Positions 33,446 through 46,329 of a stretch of 53,150 nt of DNA are shown here, piece after piece. Position numbers and translations under genes: made by a program. The notes under the pieces were generated by a model, which saw only the letters and a list, made by a program, of their open reading frames with translations, was not told the origin of the DNA and searched no databases. Source of the stretch: Phoronis australis. Its lineage: Eukaryota > Animalia > Phoronida. Each line of letters opens with the position of its first letter. Positions within the stretch are counted from its first letter, which is position 1. Location: the NCBI GenBank assembly GCA_002633005.1, contig NMRA01000572.1, positions 199,817-252,966 on the forward strand, in the 5' to 3' direction.

Positions 33446-33957
33446 TTAACCTTTAGGGTTATAATGGTTTCCCAAAATTACCCAGAACCTCACCTGCGTT
33501 GTATTACAGACACTTTTAATTGGGCATAAGTTCAGTTCAATCAATCTTGAGTTTTGGCACACAATATGACCCACAAGTGAAATTTCACTTTGTCAAATTT
33601 CTCAACAAAAATAATTTTCAGGAAACTTTGCTTTTCAGCATGGTTTGTATGACATTTGGTAAAGTTTTGAGCATTTCCGACATTGTATGTCGTAAGCCTA
33701 TGAAAAATCAATTAACTTCATCCCAACTTCAAGAATGTTTACTGTAACTATATATAGGCAGGGTGGTCCAGTTTGCAACAATCATACGTTTTTGTGATGA
33801 ATGAACATTGCTTTGGAAAAATGAGTTTAGAGCCTTACTTTCAAACAGGATAAAAAATAAAAATGGCACCTCATGGTTTTAAAAAAGTTTCAAGAAAAAA
33901 GACTGAAATCATATTGACGCCATTATCATTTACGAGAGCCACAATATTTGCTCTTAC

Positions 33958-34009
33958 CTCAAACCAGAATGTTTATATATCGGTCTATCAACAATTCCTT
34001 CTCAAAACC
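33958..34009 (-). other. Candidate non-coding 5'UTR exon of the GTSF1-like gene
   Basis: Weak acceptor ggcttcag, strong donor GAG/gtaaga. 52 nt with no ATG. Confidence 0.3.
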
Positions 34010-34387
34010 CTGAAGCCATAACTCAGCCCAAAACCAGTCAATAGACATTTGAACCAAGCTTGGGAATTCCCAGGCAGTGGAATTTCCAAAGTCTAAAATT
34101 AGACTTGAGTCAGTGCTAACTATAGAGACTTTATGAAGCACTATGAGTGATGTGCACATAACAGGGTGGGAGGAAGCACATGCTGCCCAACACTTGTAGG
34201 CATCAAGGAGAACATGGTGACAAGCTTAGCATAGTCATATTTGATATAAAATAATTCCTTGAAAAAGGGCCTCCAGTCCCCCCCCNCCCCCCGTGAGAAG
34301 CCCAGTCTCCCGCGCTCTCACATTACCAATCAAGCATCTGTGTGCATGCCTTTGGCTATTACCTAAATATTCCTCAGCCAAACATAC

Positions 34388-34500
34388 CAAAGATGAGTCA
34401 AGACCAGATGAAATGATTCTTTAGCAGAAGAGAAGAGTAGCAGATGATGATGTTGGGCTGCAGCTGCCACAGTTTTATGTCAAATGTCTTGTTGATAAGT
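34388..34500 (-). other. Candidate non-coding 5'UTR exon of the GTSF1-like gene
   Basis: Strong acceptor tgtttttctttgtag and donor TTG/gtatgt. 113 nt with no ATG. Coding exon 1 has an acceptor just before its ATG, so upstream exons must exist. Confidence 0.45.
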
Positions 34501-36069
34501 CTACAAAGAAAAACATGGTATATCTACACATACATCTACACCTACTGAATTGTAAAGTGCAACCACCTTCCCCAGAATAATGCAGTGAAAATCGTCTTGT
34601 TCCAAATCAAAAACAGGATACCTCTTGCTTCAAGGCCACGAATAATACTTGACTTAATAAACAGCTACCCACAGGAAAGAGATTAAGAGAGGCCTTCACT
34701 CACTCATCATTCACAACAGCAAGCTGTCTCCTCAAAGCCTCAATGTTCAGGCCGAATATCGGCTCCATTCCCTAGCTGCAAAATATATCAAAAAAGGCAA
34801 AGATTTCCCTAATCGGGCTAAAAAAAAATCCTCTCCAGGCTCCCGTGATTTACTTAATTCACACAATCCCTCTAATTGGCAGCAACTGGGGGGTATCCCA
34901 ATCTAAAAAATTCCCCCTCCCAGATGCCAGACACCTTTCTAAGGTATGCAAGGGTCATGACATGGGAAATAATTATAGATGTTCACCCAGGCCTGGGTGG
35001 CACCATGAGAAAATAAATGTTTAATAATGAACGCATTTAAATACAAATTTTACTGCTGGTACTCTACTAAACCAGTATTAATAACCAACACAGTTAAACA
35101 CAAATTTCACTGCTTGCACTCCAGTATCTCTATACCAGTAGATCACTATGCAGTCTTCCAAACATTCCTACACATCCAGATTTATTCAAAACAGTTGATG
35201 GAAAAACCCTTCTATGCCACGCAGTGTAAACACACCAGGTTCTTTCAAAACTACGAGTCCAACCTGAAAGAAAGATGGGGAAAACCCAGAGCTGGCTAGC
35301 CTGTTTGCCACTCAAAGAATGTGGAAAACAAGCACTGGCATTTGAGCTCACAAGTTTTCAAGACACTACCAATCCTAACACCCTAGTGAGGATAATTCAA
35401 CACCTGCTGAGATCTCTAAAGGGGAATCTCCAGGGATGCTTGACTAAGCAATGATTTGTATCAGAAAATGGCAAATATTACCTAGAAGCACAGCACCTGG
35501 GTAGACTTCAATAACACTAGTGTCTCAGTGGATAAGCAAGATCTAGCGAGATTATGTGAGAGAACAATGATAGCTTGTGATTTTGTTATTGAACAGTTAT
35601 TGAAGGTCACCTTCATTTGACAGGGTTCTAAACAAAAGACTGGGAATAACTGAGGAAAGTAAACAACCAAGCAGTTGTTAAGACAGCTTTAATTCAATTA
35701 TGAATATCGCCAGACTGTTGAACTCACGACAGTATGGAGGTCATAAATTCACAGAAAAAATGCAAAAATAAGGCAAAATCATCAGACTTATATTTTTAAC
35801 CAAAATTCTGATGACTATTTCAGATTTATTCCAGTACCAACAGGGCCCTAAATTTCTTGATTTCTGGGCCGAGCATCAGCCCCATTCCCCTCTGAAAAAT
35901 ATTGAAAAATCACAAGAAATTTCCCTCATGAGGTCCAAAAATACCCTTTGAGTGATTCGTAAAGGATGTAATTTTAGACGTACACGGGTGGAAATCATTA
36001 CGATTGTTGTACCCAAAGTGTGCTAAAGATGTGCTGGAAATCATTTACATCTAGTTAACTATGGCAGAA

Positions 36070-36365
36070 ATCTCATACAGAGGGCGAATTATAGGAGCAA
36101 TTGCTTCGAAATTTTTCACGTATTATTTTCCTATAACAAGCTATTATACTGTGCTGCGTAACAGGAAGTTGCTTTCAAGATGGCGGATCTGGGGCATTTC
36201 GACCCATTTTCAATTGTGCTGGCTTGCCATTTAAAACAGGACGAGAAAATGATACGAATTTTTGCATGTAGATTCTCTGAGGTATGCTCTTTCATATGAC
36301 CTCTAACATTTTTTTCTCAGACTTACCGTTTTTGAGTTATTTGTCTTCGAATTTCACACAAACGT
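36070..36365 (+). mobile_element. Dispersed repeat fragment (same family as about 47050-47350)
   Basis: Shares aggaagttgctttcaagatggcggatctgg...tttttctcagacttacc with 47143-47310. Confidence 0.75.
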
Positions 36366-36498
36366 AATGCAGAGCGTTGAAATGCACCCACAAATCCATC
36401 GGAAATGATGTGCTTTTAGGGTTATTTATTTGTATAATAAAAATGGAAACTAGATGCGCAAAAACAAACAATCCATCCAAAAATGGGAACATGCCATA

Positions 36499-39400
36499 CC
36501 GTATTCGCCGTAATAACCGCCCCTGGCACTTACAGAAGTTCGTTTCAGGGGGGGGGGTGCTTATTATAACCCAAGGCCGTTGAAACTCAGTCTCCGAAAC
36601 GGGTGAAATCAGAAGCTAAGATTGATCACATTTACGCTCTGTGACGTATCTGTAATCTATGAAAGACTTACTACAAAATCGGTGTGCATTGCTATTAAAC
36701 TTTGCTGCTCAATTACCATCATTTTACAGAAAATTGTGCTGAAATCCCAAGGCGAAAACTTGCTGACTGACTGCCTCGCAGTCGTCGATATGGCGACTTG
36801 AATTCTTGAATAAAAATACAGTTTCGACTCAATCAACTTCCCTGAAATCCTCCTGAAGTTTTCCAAGTAGCGCCCCTAAGATTTTTAAGTTACCGTGGAG
36901 TCGGGATTAACGGCAGGTTTAAGTACAAATCTGTGCTACATCGTGCCATCTACATGTATGATCGGCAACATGAGAAAAATGTCTGAACAAACACACATGG
37001 TGCTGTCACGTGACGTTTGTTTTGAAGTTCGTTTGCGTTGAGTAAGCGAGCGCGTGCGTGTCACCAGTGTTCATTTACCAAAGCAGAGACCGTCTTTTAG
37101 CCAGAGCCACACAATCTAACGAGCTACTAGATGTGCATTGTATCTAAAGAAATTTGCACAAGCAGTAGGCCTAAACCAGAGCGTGTTTCATTCAGCACTT
37201 GGCGGTCTCATGTGCTAAAAACATTCGACATTTGTCTCGGTAAGGCCCATATTAGTCGCCGTGTGGCTGGATGCGTAGGTGTAGGCCTTTATGAAGTGTA
37301 CTCCTGGGCGTCCAAATGGAAGCCCTAGCACTAATATGGATGCTCTGGCAAGGACACCCAATGTATCATTTGGACTATCATTTGGTGGCCCACTGTAAAT
37401 AGGAACCTTTCAAGTTTGGATACACACATTGTAATGATTACTAGGAAGCCTCTGAAGGCTCAGTGGGGGCTCTTTTTTCAAAGCAGGAAGAAATATAAAA
37501 TGTATATACAAAGTATATACAATGTTGCTATGCTCACACTTGGTTGATAGCATAGTCATGGTCTACGCCACTTTTTTTATTAAAAATGCTCACTACAGGA
37601 GGCTGTTTTATAAACTCAGATGTAAAAACCTTGGTCTATGCATTTTTTATTAAAAATCTGTGTGTTTGGTAGGATTGCTGGGGGTGGGGCAGGGCTCGAC
37701 ATAACGAGCTGCAGGTCGCATTTGCGACATCAAATTTGGAAATGCGAGCTGAGATTTTTGTCATCTCGTATCAAGTCGCAAAATGCGACCTAGAATTTCC
37801 AACGAATGCGAGCTGAGTTTTTACACTTCTCAACAGATACAAGGCAAATACAAAGCAGCTCTTGTTAATCCGACCGTTATTTGGTTGTTGCCAAATCCAA
37901 GTTCAAAAGAACACTAACCGAGAACAGCCCTACCGATGACTTGTAAGCAAGTCGCGTGAACATGGGATATGCAGAATCGATCTTTGACGCGTTTCATTGG
38001 CTAACACTTTCGGCCACTTCTGTAAATTCCCGGATTCGCGGAAGAAAGTTTCGGGCCACTGCTTAACACTTGATAAAACTTCACAAAACAATAGTGTTTC
38101 TTCTACTAATTCTTAAGCGATCAACTTACCAAACTTAGTGGTGGACAAAAATGTTTATTTTTCACGTAAGATGTCCTTATTACATGTACCAAATATCCAC
38201 GACAATATCCCTGATATCGCACTGCGGCACCGTTAGCGCGCAAGCGGTCCCGGCAGACAATCGTGACTTAGACTGAGATGTGCTTCTCCTTTTTATCGTA
38301 TTAAGACAGCCAAAGTGAAAATGACAACCTTATTAATCGCCANACCGCAAACACTGAGGTTAACGACTATGCTCACGCACAAGCCTACTCCCTACCTTTA
38401 AAGTGTTTCATAATAAGCGCTCACTGATTTATTAAAAGTCCCCTCTTAAATTTTGAGAATTTCCAATTAAGCGCCCACAGTTCAAGCTAGCGCCCATCAT
38501 AGCGCACTACAAACGACCGCGTGTGGTTTGAAATTGACACGCAGCTTATATGACGTGTCACTTTCATTTTACACAACTTCAGTTTTCAAAAACGTCTTTT
38601 CACAATATGTAAAAACCAAAACCCGGCTTTGTTTTATACCTCGGAAAGAAAGTTAACACTAGTGACATGCGTGTCGTTTTATGACTGACTTTCCCGTACT
38701 TGGAAGGTATTGAGGAGCAAACTCGCCATTACCCGAGTTAATTTGAATCCTTAAAGACTTTGATGACAGCCAGTAGCAGGCCAGATCTAACAAAATCCCG
38801 GATACTTTTTCAACGGGCATTTTCTCCCTTTTCACATCGCAAATTTAGCTACTCGAATGCACAAGTCAGTTAGAGAGCACTGATTCAACTTTCACGTCGG
38901 CAACTTGACTTGCGCTCTAGAGTCTTTCAATGGCGGTCGTGAAGAACACTCAAGGCCGTACCTGCATGAATGAAGTCAATTTTGAGATCCGAAATTTGTG
39001 AGTATTTAACGCGGCAGGTAAGAGCATAATCTAAACATTTTCTCGATGATCTAAAAAATCCATTTTGGCGCGTAAAAATGGCGGGAAAATTTTGCGATCT
39101 GGCATTTACGAATGCGAGCTGGATTTTGAAAATGCGACCTGGGATTTTGGCTAGGTCGCAAAATGCGACCTGGCGATTTTAATAGCGTCGAGCCCTGTGG
39201 GGGGTTACGTGTCGGAATTATGGAAGCCCTGGAATATTGGGAACCCCATTTTGGACACCCTATTTTCGAAATCCTGGATAAAGGCCTGCCTACGTGAGTT
39301 ATTTTTTGGTGTAAGGGTGTGTAAGAATTCAGTCAGTGGTCATTTTAGCGGATATTTAGCTTAAAAACACCAATAATGGTTAATCAAACATTTTTTATAG

Positions 39401-39996
39401 TATTAGAAACTGTCGAAAATTAGTGCCAATATTCATTTCTTGCCGATGCTGTGCTACCCGTTTCACGAATGGATAGTTCCAGACTAATGTCTTTGATGAC
39501 AGGTTCATGTATGTAGCGCGTGCTTCCTGGCCATGTGCTTTTAAGACTGGCCAAGTTTTTATTAGTGTTCAATTCGCGGTTTTCAAATGTACAGAGAAAT
39601 TTGGATTCCTGTTGAAAGCGGGAAATATCTACAAAGCAATCCCGTAGACAAGTACACTACGTCTGTTCTGAAAGGCCAGACCATTGGTCCTCGCAAGATC
39701 AGCAAAACTTTTGTGTTCGTTTTGAGGCATGGCAGAAGTTTGAAGACTATAGTCACGGCTAAATACCGATATAGCGGCAAGGCTCGTGGTCTACAAATTC
39801 TGCGCACAATGATTTTTTCAGGACTGTCGGATATTATTGATAAATTGATGACATTACCATAGAATTTTAGGACTGTAGGTAAGTCATTTTTCGCATGTAC
39901 ACGTTCATGGACTGGGCGCTTATTTTAGCTAAGTCTGAAAACGCGTGGGGGGGCGTTTATAGGGGCATGGGGGGGGGGTTATTATGGCAAATACGG
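36499..39996. mobile_element. Tc1/mariner (pogo/Tc2-like) non-autonomous element with TA TSD, hosting a nested hAT-like element
   Basis: TA|CCGTATTCGCCGTAATAACCGCCC ... GGGGGGTTATTATGGCAAATACGG|TA. Confidence 0.8.
37690..39197 (+). mobile_element. Complete non-autonomous hAT-like element
   Basis: TIR CAGGGCTCGAC / GTCGAGCCCTG, with subterminal gtcgca/tgcgac repeats. Flanked by TGGGG on both sides. Confidence 0.88.
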
Positions 39997-40009
39997 TATT
40001 TCATAAAAG

Positions 40010-42130
40010 TCTGTCAAGGAACTTCGAGAAACAAAGGAAAACAGAATCAAATGAAAGTGCTACTTGTGGGCACAGCATCCGTTGAATCCGCCTGAAAGTC
40101 ATCGTCTGTTATTATCTTCATATAAATACACTTACTAAATCTAATAAAGATCCTGCAGTGGATTTAGGACATACAGCTATGGGCATAAATCAAAACAAAA
40201 CTACCACAAGGAGGCACCACAGCAGTCAGCCGCCATCATCAAATGTCCTCTTCACACTGAGAACATATATGTCAATTTCCAAAACCCTACCTAGAATGAT
40301 TTGGTTGATAGAGGGGTGGACGCAAAAGAACAGACTCGAAAACAGTAAAAATGGCCACTAGGTGACGCAAACTACGTCCAATCCATCCGAAAACGGGAGG
40401 ATAGGATCATCTCACCAATAGATGCTTACATTCAAAATTTTTATGGAAATCTGTTGAGGACCTTTGAAGATACAGACTCGTATATTAAAAAAAACTACAA
40501 TTGCCAATAGGGGGCACATCCGTAGTCAGATCCGTCCAAAAGCCGTCGTCGTTCGTTGTCAACATCATATAAATACACTTGCTAAATTAAGGAAAGATCC
40601 TGCAAATGGTTTATGAGATACAGCCATGAGCGCAAAAAAAACTGCCACAAGGAGGCGTCACAGTAGTCGAAGTCATCGTAAAATCATCGTCAGCCATCCA
40701 CTTCTTAGTAAAAACATACATGCCAATTTTCACAATTATCCTGAAAGTGGTTTGGTTGATAGATGACTAGATGCCAAAAACATACTCGAGAACAGTAAAA
40801 ATGTCCACTAGGTGAGGCAAAGTAGGTCGAATCCATCTAAAAACGGAGAGATGGCATCATTTCATTAACAGATGCCTATATGCCATATTTTATGAAAATA
40901 CACAAATATGTGGATGCATAAAAATGCAAAATTCGAAAATTTTCGAAAATTTTATGAAATTTTGCAAAACTATTTAGTTTTGAACAGGCTTTCAGAAGAA
41001 ATTTTCCATTTCATGCTAGGATGTCTACTTTTTGAATTATTCGAAATTTTCTAATAATGCTCTTCCTTTACTGACGGATTTTGCTGCACTGTTGTTGGTT
41101 TACTTTCTATTGAACAAGACTGCAGAATATTTCTTACTAATTTCTGACATCTTCTTTCGTAATATGAATGTTATCATCATGTTTATCATCGTCATCGTCA
41201 TCCCCATTGAGGAATTTTCAGTTAATTTCACCAAGTGTCGCTCCTCCGAGGGCTTTCATTTGTGTCATTAGATAGCACAGAATACTATAAGCCCATCCAA
41301 AAATGGGAGTGTATCATCGTCAACAAAACTATTTGCCAAATATCAGAAAAATCGACCAAAGAACTCAAAAGAAACAAAGGCAAATGTAAAAAAATGCCAT
41401 TAGGAACCAAAGCGGTCCTCGAATCTGTAAAGCTAATATGAATGAAATTGCAAAACTTCAAAAACAACTTGCAAGTTACAGCCGTGGATGTGAAGAATTG
41501 CCATTAGGGGCAACAGTTTGAAAATCCATGTCAATTATGCTATTGTCAGTACGAACACATTTTCCAATATTCATGATCCCCTGCAACGGTTTGGCACATA
41601 CAAAAGCATAATCCTTAGAGTGGTTTGGTTGATGGGGGGTGTGGCGCATGCCACAAAGCAGTCTCAAAAACAGTAAAAATGGCTTCTAAGTGGCACAAAA
41701 TACCCCGAATCGATCCAAAAACAGGAGAGTGGCATCACCCCACTAATAGATACCTATTTTGTCAAATTTTATGAAAATCCGTTAAGGATATTTGAAGATA
41801 CAGACTAAATGTAAAAATTAAAATTGCCACTAGGGAGCTAACTAGAAGTCAGATCCGTCCAAATGTTCATTCCTGCCATCCCAACCATGAAAGGAACACA
41901 TATGCACAATTTCATGAACATACATCACAGGGTTTTGGAAATAGACCAGCAGACGCCAGACAGATGCCGGACAGGAATTATAGCACAAAAATTGCCACTA
42001 AGAGGCACAGCAATGGTCGCAGTGGTCTGAAATTCGTCATCTGCCATCAGCAAAGCTATATATGATTACATCTGCATTGCCATATCCTCAAAAGAAACCA
42101 ATTTCCTGAGTTTTAAGAAAATCCATCAAT
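40010..42130 (+). mobile_element. Cluster of Helentron/DINE-like repeats with internal tandem units
   Basis: Repeated aaaatggccactagg...aatagatgcctat..ccaaattttatgaaaat..ctttgaagatacag units. A partial terminal hairpin lies near 40901-40924. Confidence 0.65.
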
Positions 42131-42640
42131 GAACTCCGAACTACAAAAACGACCCCAAACTGCGCACTTACGTAATGCTTACTTCACAATGATGAACTCA
42201 CTTGTGATATCAGAGTTATCATTCAGCTGTACCTTATGACTTCTGGTGACATAGAGGTCAATCTAGGACCAGACACTCAGGGTTCAGTCAGCTTTAAAGT
42301 CTTATTCACCAATATCAACAGTATCAAGGCGAACAATCTTTCAAGATTTGAACTTCTCAAGCAATTTCATATAGACAACAAAGACATGGTTACAGCCGTA
42401 TGTGAATTCAGAACGACGTCCGAGGTGCACTTATTATTCCAGGATACAACATTGCCTATCACACTAACGCAGGGACAGGGTTGATCTTGTTTGTCCACAA
42501 CTCCATAAACTACAAAACTATTGATAATAAAATTACACAATCAATGAATAACTGTTGGATTGAACTTTGTGTCAACTACAAAAAGATATATTACAGCTTT
42601 TCTATCGTTCACCCTCACAGACGTCCCATGAAAGGAAACC

Positions 42641-44766
42641 ATTTATGATCGACATATGTCCCGAATAATAGATAAATGATACGCGCGCCGCAAGCTCGTT
42701 ACCAGAGATGAAAAGGAGATGGAGGTAGGCGATATAAGGTCATTTATTACGACTAGTACAATTACATTATAATGAATACAGGTAAATAAGGTATAATTGG
42801 TAATCTCTGGTAAGATGGGCAATAAAAAAGCGCCGGCCACGTGGAAGTACGAGAGAATGTCGAAAACTGGGAGGTAGAGGGTGAGAAAATTGAAAAAGTT
42901 TTTGAATGTACGACAATGTTTCGGGAACAAAGATGAACTGAAAGCGAGGTTACCATAACAAAGAAAACACCCCTAAGGACACGTGACAATCATCAGCCTA
43001 TAAGAGCCAAGAGCTGACAAAACTCGAGGCACGTGATAACAACAGACCAATACGAAGGCTGGGAAACGATGTGTAGTCCTGCACAAGGAATAATGGAATA
43101 GACGGAAACGAGGGGGGAAGGAGTAACATGGGCCCATATGCTTACAAATATATTTAAGGTTATTTCAAACCTTATTTAGTGGCCTCTATTCTAACTCGTA
43201 TATCAAAAAAACTAAGCTTTGTCAACTAGTAAAAGTATATATTTTCTGAAAGAACAAAGACCAGGAAATATAAATATACTTTTTGTATTTATTTGTCATT
43301 ATTATTTTTACGTTAAAACCTTTTTTAAGTAAAAATTTCATTTTTAAGAAAGGTACATTCATAGCAAAATAACCCCTCGGTCGATTTTAACGAAACCTTT
43401 TTTAAATGAAAACTTTATCAATTACCTCAAAAACGCTGTTAGGAATTTTCGATTAGTTTGTTCGTTTGGTTTCTATGACAAATAAACTCGTAAAACGTAA
43501 GGTATTTTTGTAAAAAATTGAAGTCGTATTCGTCTTTGCCACATTACACAAAAACTAAGCAATTATATCAAAAATCCTAACATCGTTTTGGAGATTGATG
43601 ACTAAATATTAAGTTTTGAAAGTTTCAGCGAAATCCATTTTTGAGAACTCATGTTCCTAAGTTCAAATAAAGTCGATTTGCCGAAGCCGAGAAAAAGCCG
43701 ATTAAACTAAGACACGTGAAAATCTCTAAGTCTTTGGTTAATTATTCTGTGAAAACTTGTTTTCAGTATACATAACCTATAGAATCCTTAAATATGACAC
43801 CTATTCCAATGTTTTCTTCCAATGTCAACTAATTTTGCATTGCGTAACTAACTTAAATATCATTAAAACCTCAAATAGACCTATCTTTCGCACCCAACTT
43901 CTGCAGTTTTGTACGACCTACTTAGAAAAGTAGGTCACAGTTCATAGCCTGTACACGTCACGTGCTGGGAGACTGATAGCAAACCAAGTAAGAAACGGAT
44001 AACAAAATTGAATTGGTGGTTAAAGTAAGTCGTTAACATGAAATCGAAACATCGAAATGTTAACTTAATAATTGAATTAAGGAATAAGGGGGAGGATTTA
44101 TCTCATTTCACAACTTTTTGTGTTCATGACCAGACTGAGGCCTGAGGCAACTCATAGCATTCGTTTTCAACGTCAACGGTCGTATGCATGTAGACGCACA
44201 ACTCCTTTAGGATCAAAACTACGTTTTGTCTTCGTTTTCCCCGGCACCATTCTATCACAACCACACCTCGTTGGTTCAATGTTATGGCGAATTTGTGAAT
44301 GAAAGGACTGAGGGTATACCGAAGCTGTTCTGTACCTGGCGGGAGACTCGATTTACTTGAAAGCCCTTTAACCTTTGACCTTGAGTAAGTGGTAAACAAA
44401 TATCCACGCGGTTGTACGGTTCCAAGGTGGCTCTGCTAAATCTTTTTTTTTCTCGCTACGCAGTATATATTTCGTATCTGAAGTTCCCCGAGAATGAAGA
44501 TAAGGTATTTTGCTAGACACAAGTGAAATATTGTAAAAATGGCCTATTTTTGTGAATAAGGTTGGAAATATCCTTAACAAGTGAAACACCATTTATGATC
44601 GACATATCTCCCGAATAATAGATAAATGATACATGCATCGCAAGCTCGTTACTAGAGATGAAAAGGAGACGGAGGTAGGCGATATAAGGTCATTTATTAT
44701 GACTAGTACAGTTACAATATAATGAATACAGGTAAATAACGTATAATTAGTAATCTCTGGTAAGAT
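42641..44766 (-). mobile_element. Miniature LTR-like element with unequal terminal direct repeats
   Basis: 176-bp direct repeats at 42641-42816 and 44591-44766. On minus: repeat, then TGGTGTTTC (tRNA-Val PBS-like), then about 43 nt of internal sequence once the Kolobok is removed, then TGTTAC at 43128. Confidence 0.6.
43158..44573 (-). mobile_element. Kolobok-like non-autonomous transposon (second family)
   Basis: TTAA|GGTTATTTCAAACC ... GGTTGGAAATATCC|TTAA. A second partial copy lies at 32710-33445. Confidence 0.82.
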
Positions 44767-45060
44767 ATTTCAAGACCTTTTCGAAACAATTGCAAGAACT
44801 CTTACAAACTAATAAAACAATTGTTATCAACAGGGATTTCATCGCAAGAAATAGCACTTTGTATTCAGATGACAACGACGACCAAGTAACAAGCCGGTCT
44901 TGAATTATTAAAGGTATCGATATTCTCCTCTCAAATAACTGTATAAAACTAATAAATGAGCAAACGCCTTTAACATCTAATATTCACATTCTGCCTTGAT
45001 TTATGTATTACAAACAATCTCGGATTAATTGAATCTCCTCCTTCCCATTGGTAACTCAGA

Positions 45061-46186
45061 CAGAGCTCGACATAACGAGCTGCAGGTCGCATTTGCGACC
45101 TGAAATTTGCAAATGCGAGCTGAGATTTTTGTCAGCTGTTAACAAGTCGCAAAATGTGACTTGGAATTTCCAAGGAATGCGAGTTTTTACACTTCTCGGC
45201 AGATACCTGCCACATATAAAGCAACTCTTGTTAATCCGACTGTTATTTGGTTGTTGCCAAATCCAAGTTCAAAAGAACACTAACCGAGAACAGCCCTCCC
45301 GATGACTTGTAAGCAAGTTGCGTGAACATGGGATATGCAGAATCTTTGATGCGTTGCATTGGCTAACATTTTCAGCCACTTTTGAAAATTTCCGGATTCG
45401 CCGAAGAAAGTTTTGGGCAACTGCATAACACGTGATAAAACGTCACAAAACAGCGGTGTTTCTACTAATTTTAAGCGATCAACTTACAAAACTTTGTGGT
45501 GGACAAATATGTTTATTTTTTGCGTAAGATGTCCTTATTTCATGTACCAATTAATATCCACGACAATATCCCTGATATCGCACTGCGGCACTGATTGGTC
45601 CCATTGTTAGCGCGCAAGCGGTCCCGGCAGACAATCGTGACTTAGAGATGTGCATCTCGTTTTTATCGCAGGAGACAGCCAAAGTGAAAGTGAAAATAAC
45701 CCTCTTAATCATCAAAACGATGGCCACGTCTTTACTTTCAGTTGCCAAGAAATTCTCAAACCCTTGACACGTTTCTGGGGTTACGTGCGCGAAATATGAG
45801 TCTTTCACACGTTGTTGCCAACGTAAAGTGTAGGCCTACTCCAGCGACTCAAGTGCGTGAACTCACGCGTGCGCACCACTGCAAAGCCGCACATCGAAAG
45901 AGAACAGCGACAATTCTAAATGAAAGAGTATACCGGCTTGGCTCTGTTAAGCACCCGGGTGCCACTGGTTTATTTCGAAATGAACTCAATAGATTCCTGG
46001 CGATTATGAAAGACCCGATGCATTACGATATTCCACAGGACCGATATAACCCAGAACTGATATTTTCCTGTCCCCAGGTTTCCCAAGGTCAAGGTTCCCT
46101 AAACCCTATATTCTATGCCCGTACCCAGCTATTGCAACTAAACGGATACTAGATGCAAAATTGTGGTTAGCAAACTTTTTATTCCC
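45061..46186 (+). mobile_element. hAT-like family (CAGGGCTCGAC TIR), left arm copy
   Basis: Starts cagagctcgacataacgagctgcagg and is colinear with 30381-32280. Confidence 0.85.
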
Positions 46187-46329
46187 CCCCCCCCCNAAAA
46201 GGGTACAGTGTAGGTGGTAACGATATAGAGAAAGTCACCCCTACTAGATGGAGTTTGCCTCGAAAAATTGTATTATTATAACGTTTCTTATCATTGCAGT
46301 CTTTTAACATCTTATTTCCGCAAACACTC

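Larger units (their letters stand above)
42180..45050 (+). mobile_element. CR1/L2-group LINE ORF2 5' fragment (2A-like motif plus APE endonuclease), split by nested insertions at 42641-44766
   Basis: Reads LYLMTSGDIEVNLGP...FTNINSIK...AVCEF...GLILFVHNSI...CWIEL...FYRSPSQ, and after the insertion FKTFSKQLQELL...IVINRDFIARN (a degenerate GDFNAR motif). Confidence 0.8.

Noticed and set aside
45742-46152. 136-aa ORF in the hAT-like arm
   Set aside because: It has no recognisable domain, and the paralogous copy at 31.8-32.2 kb has indels and stops in the same region.
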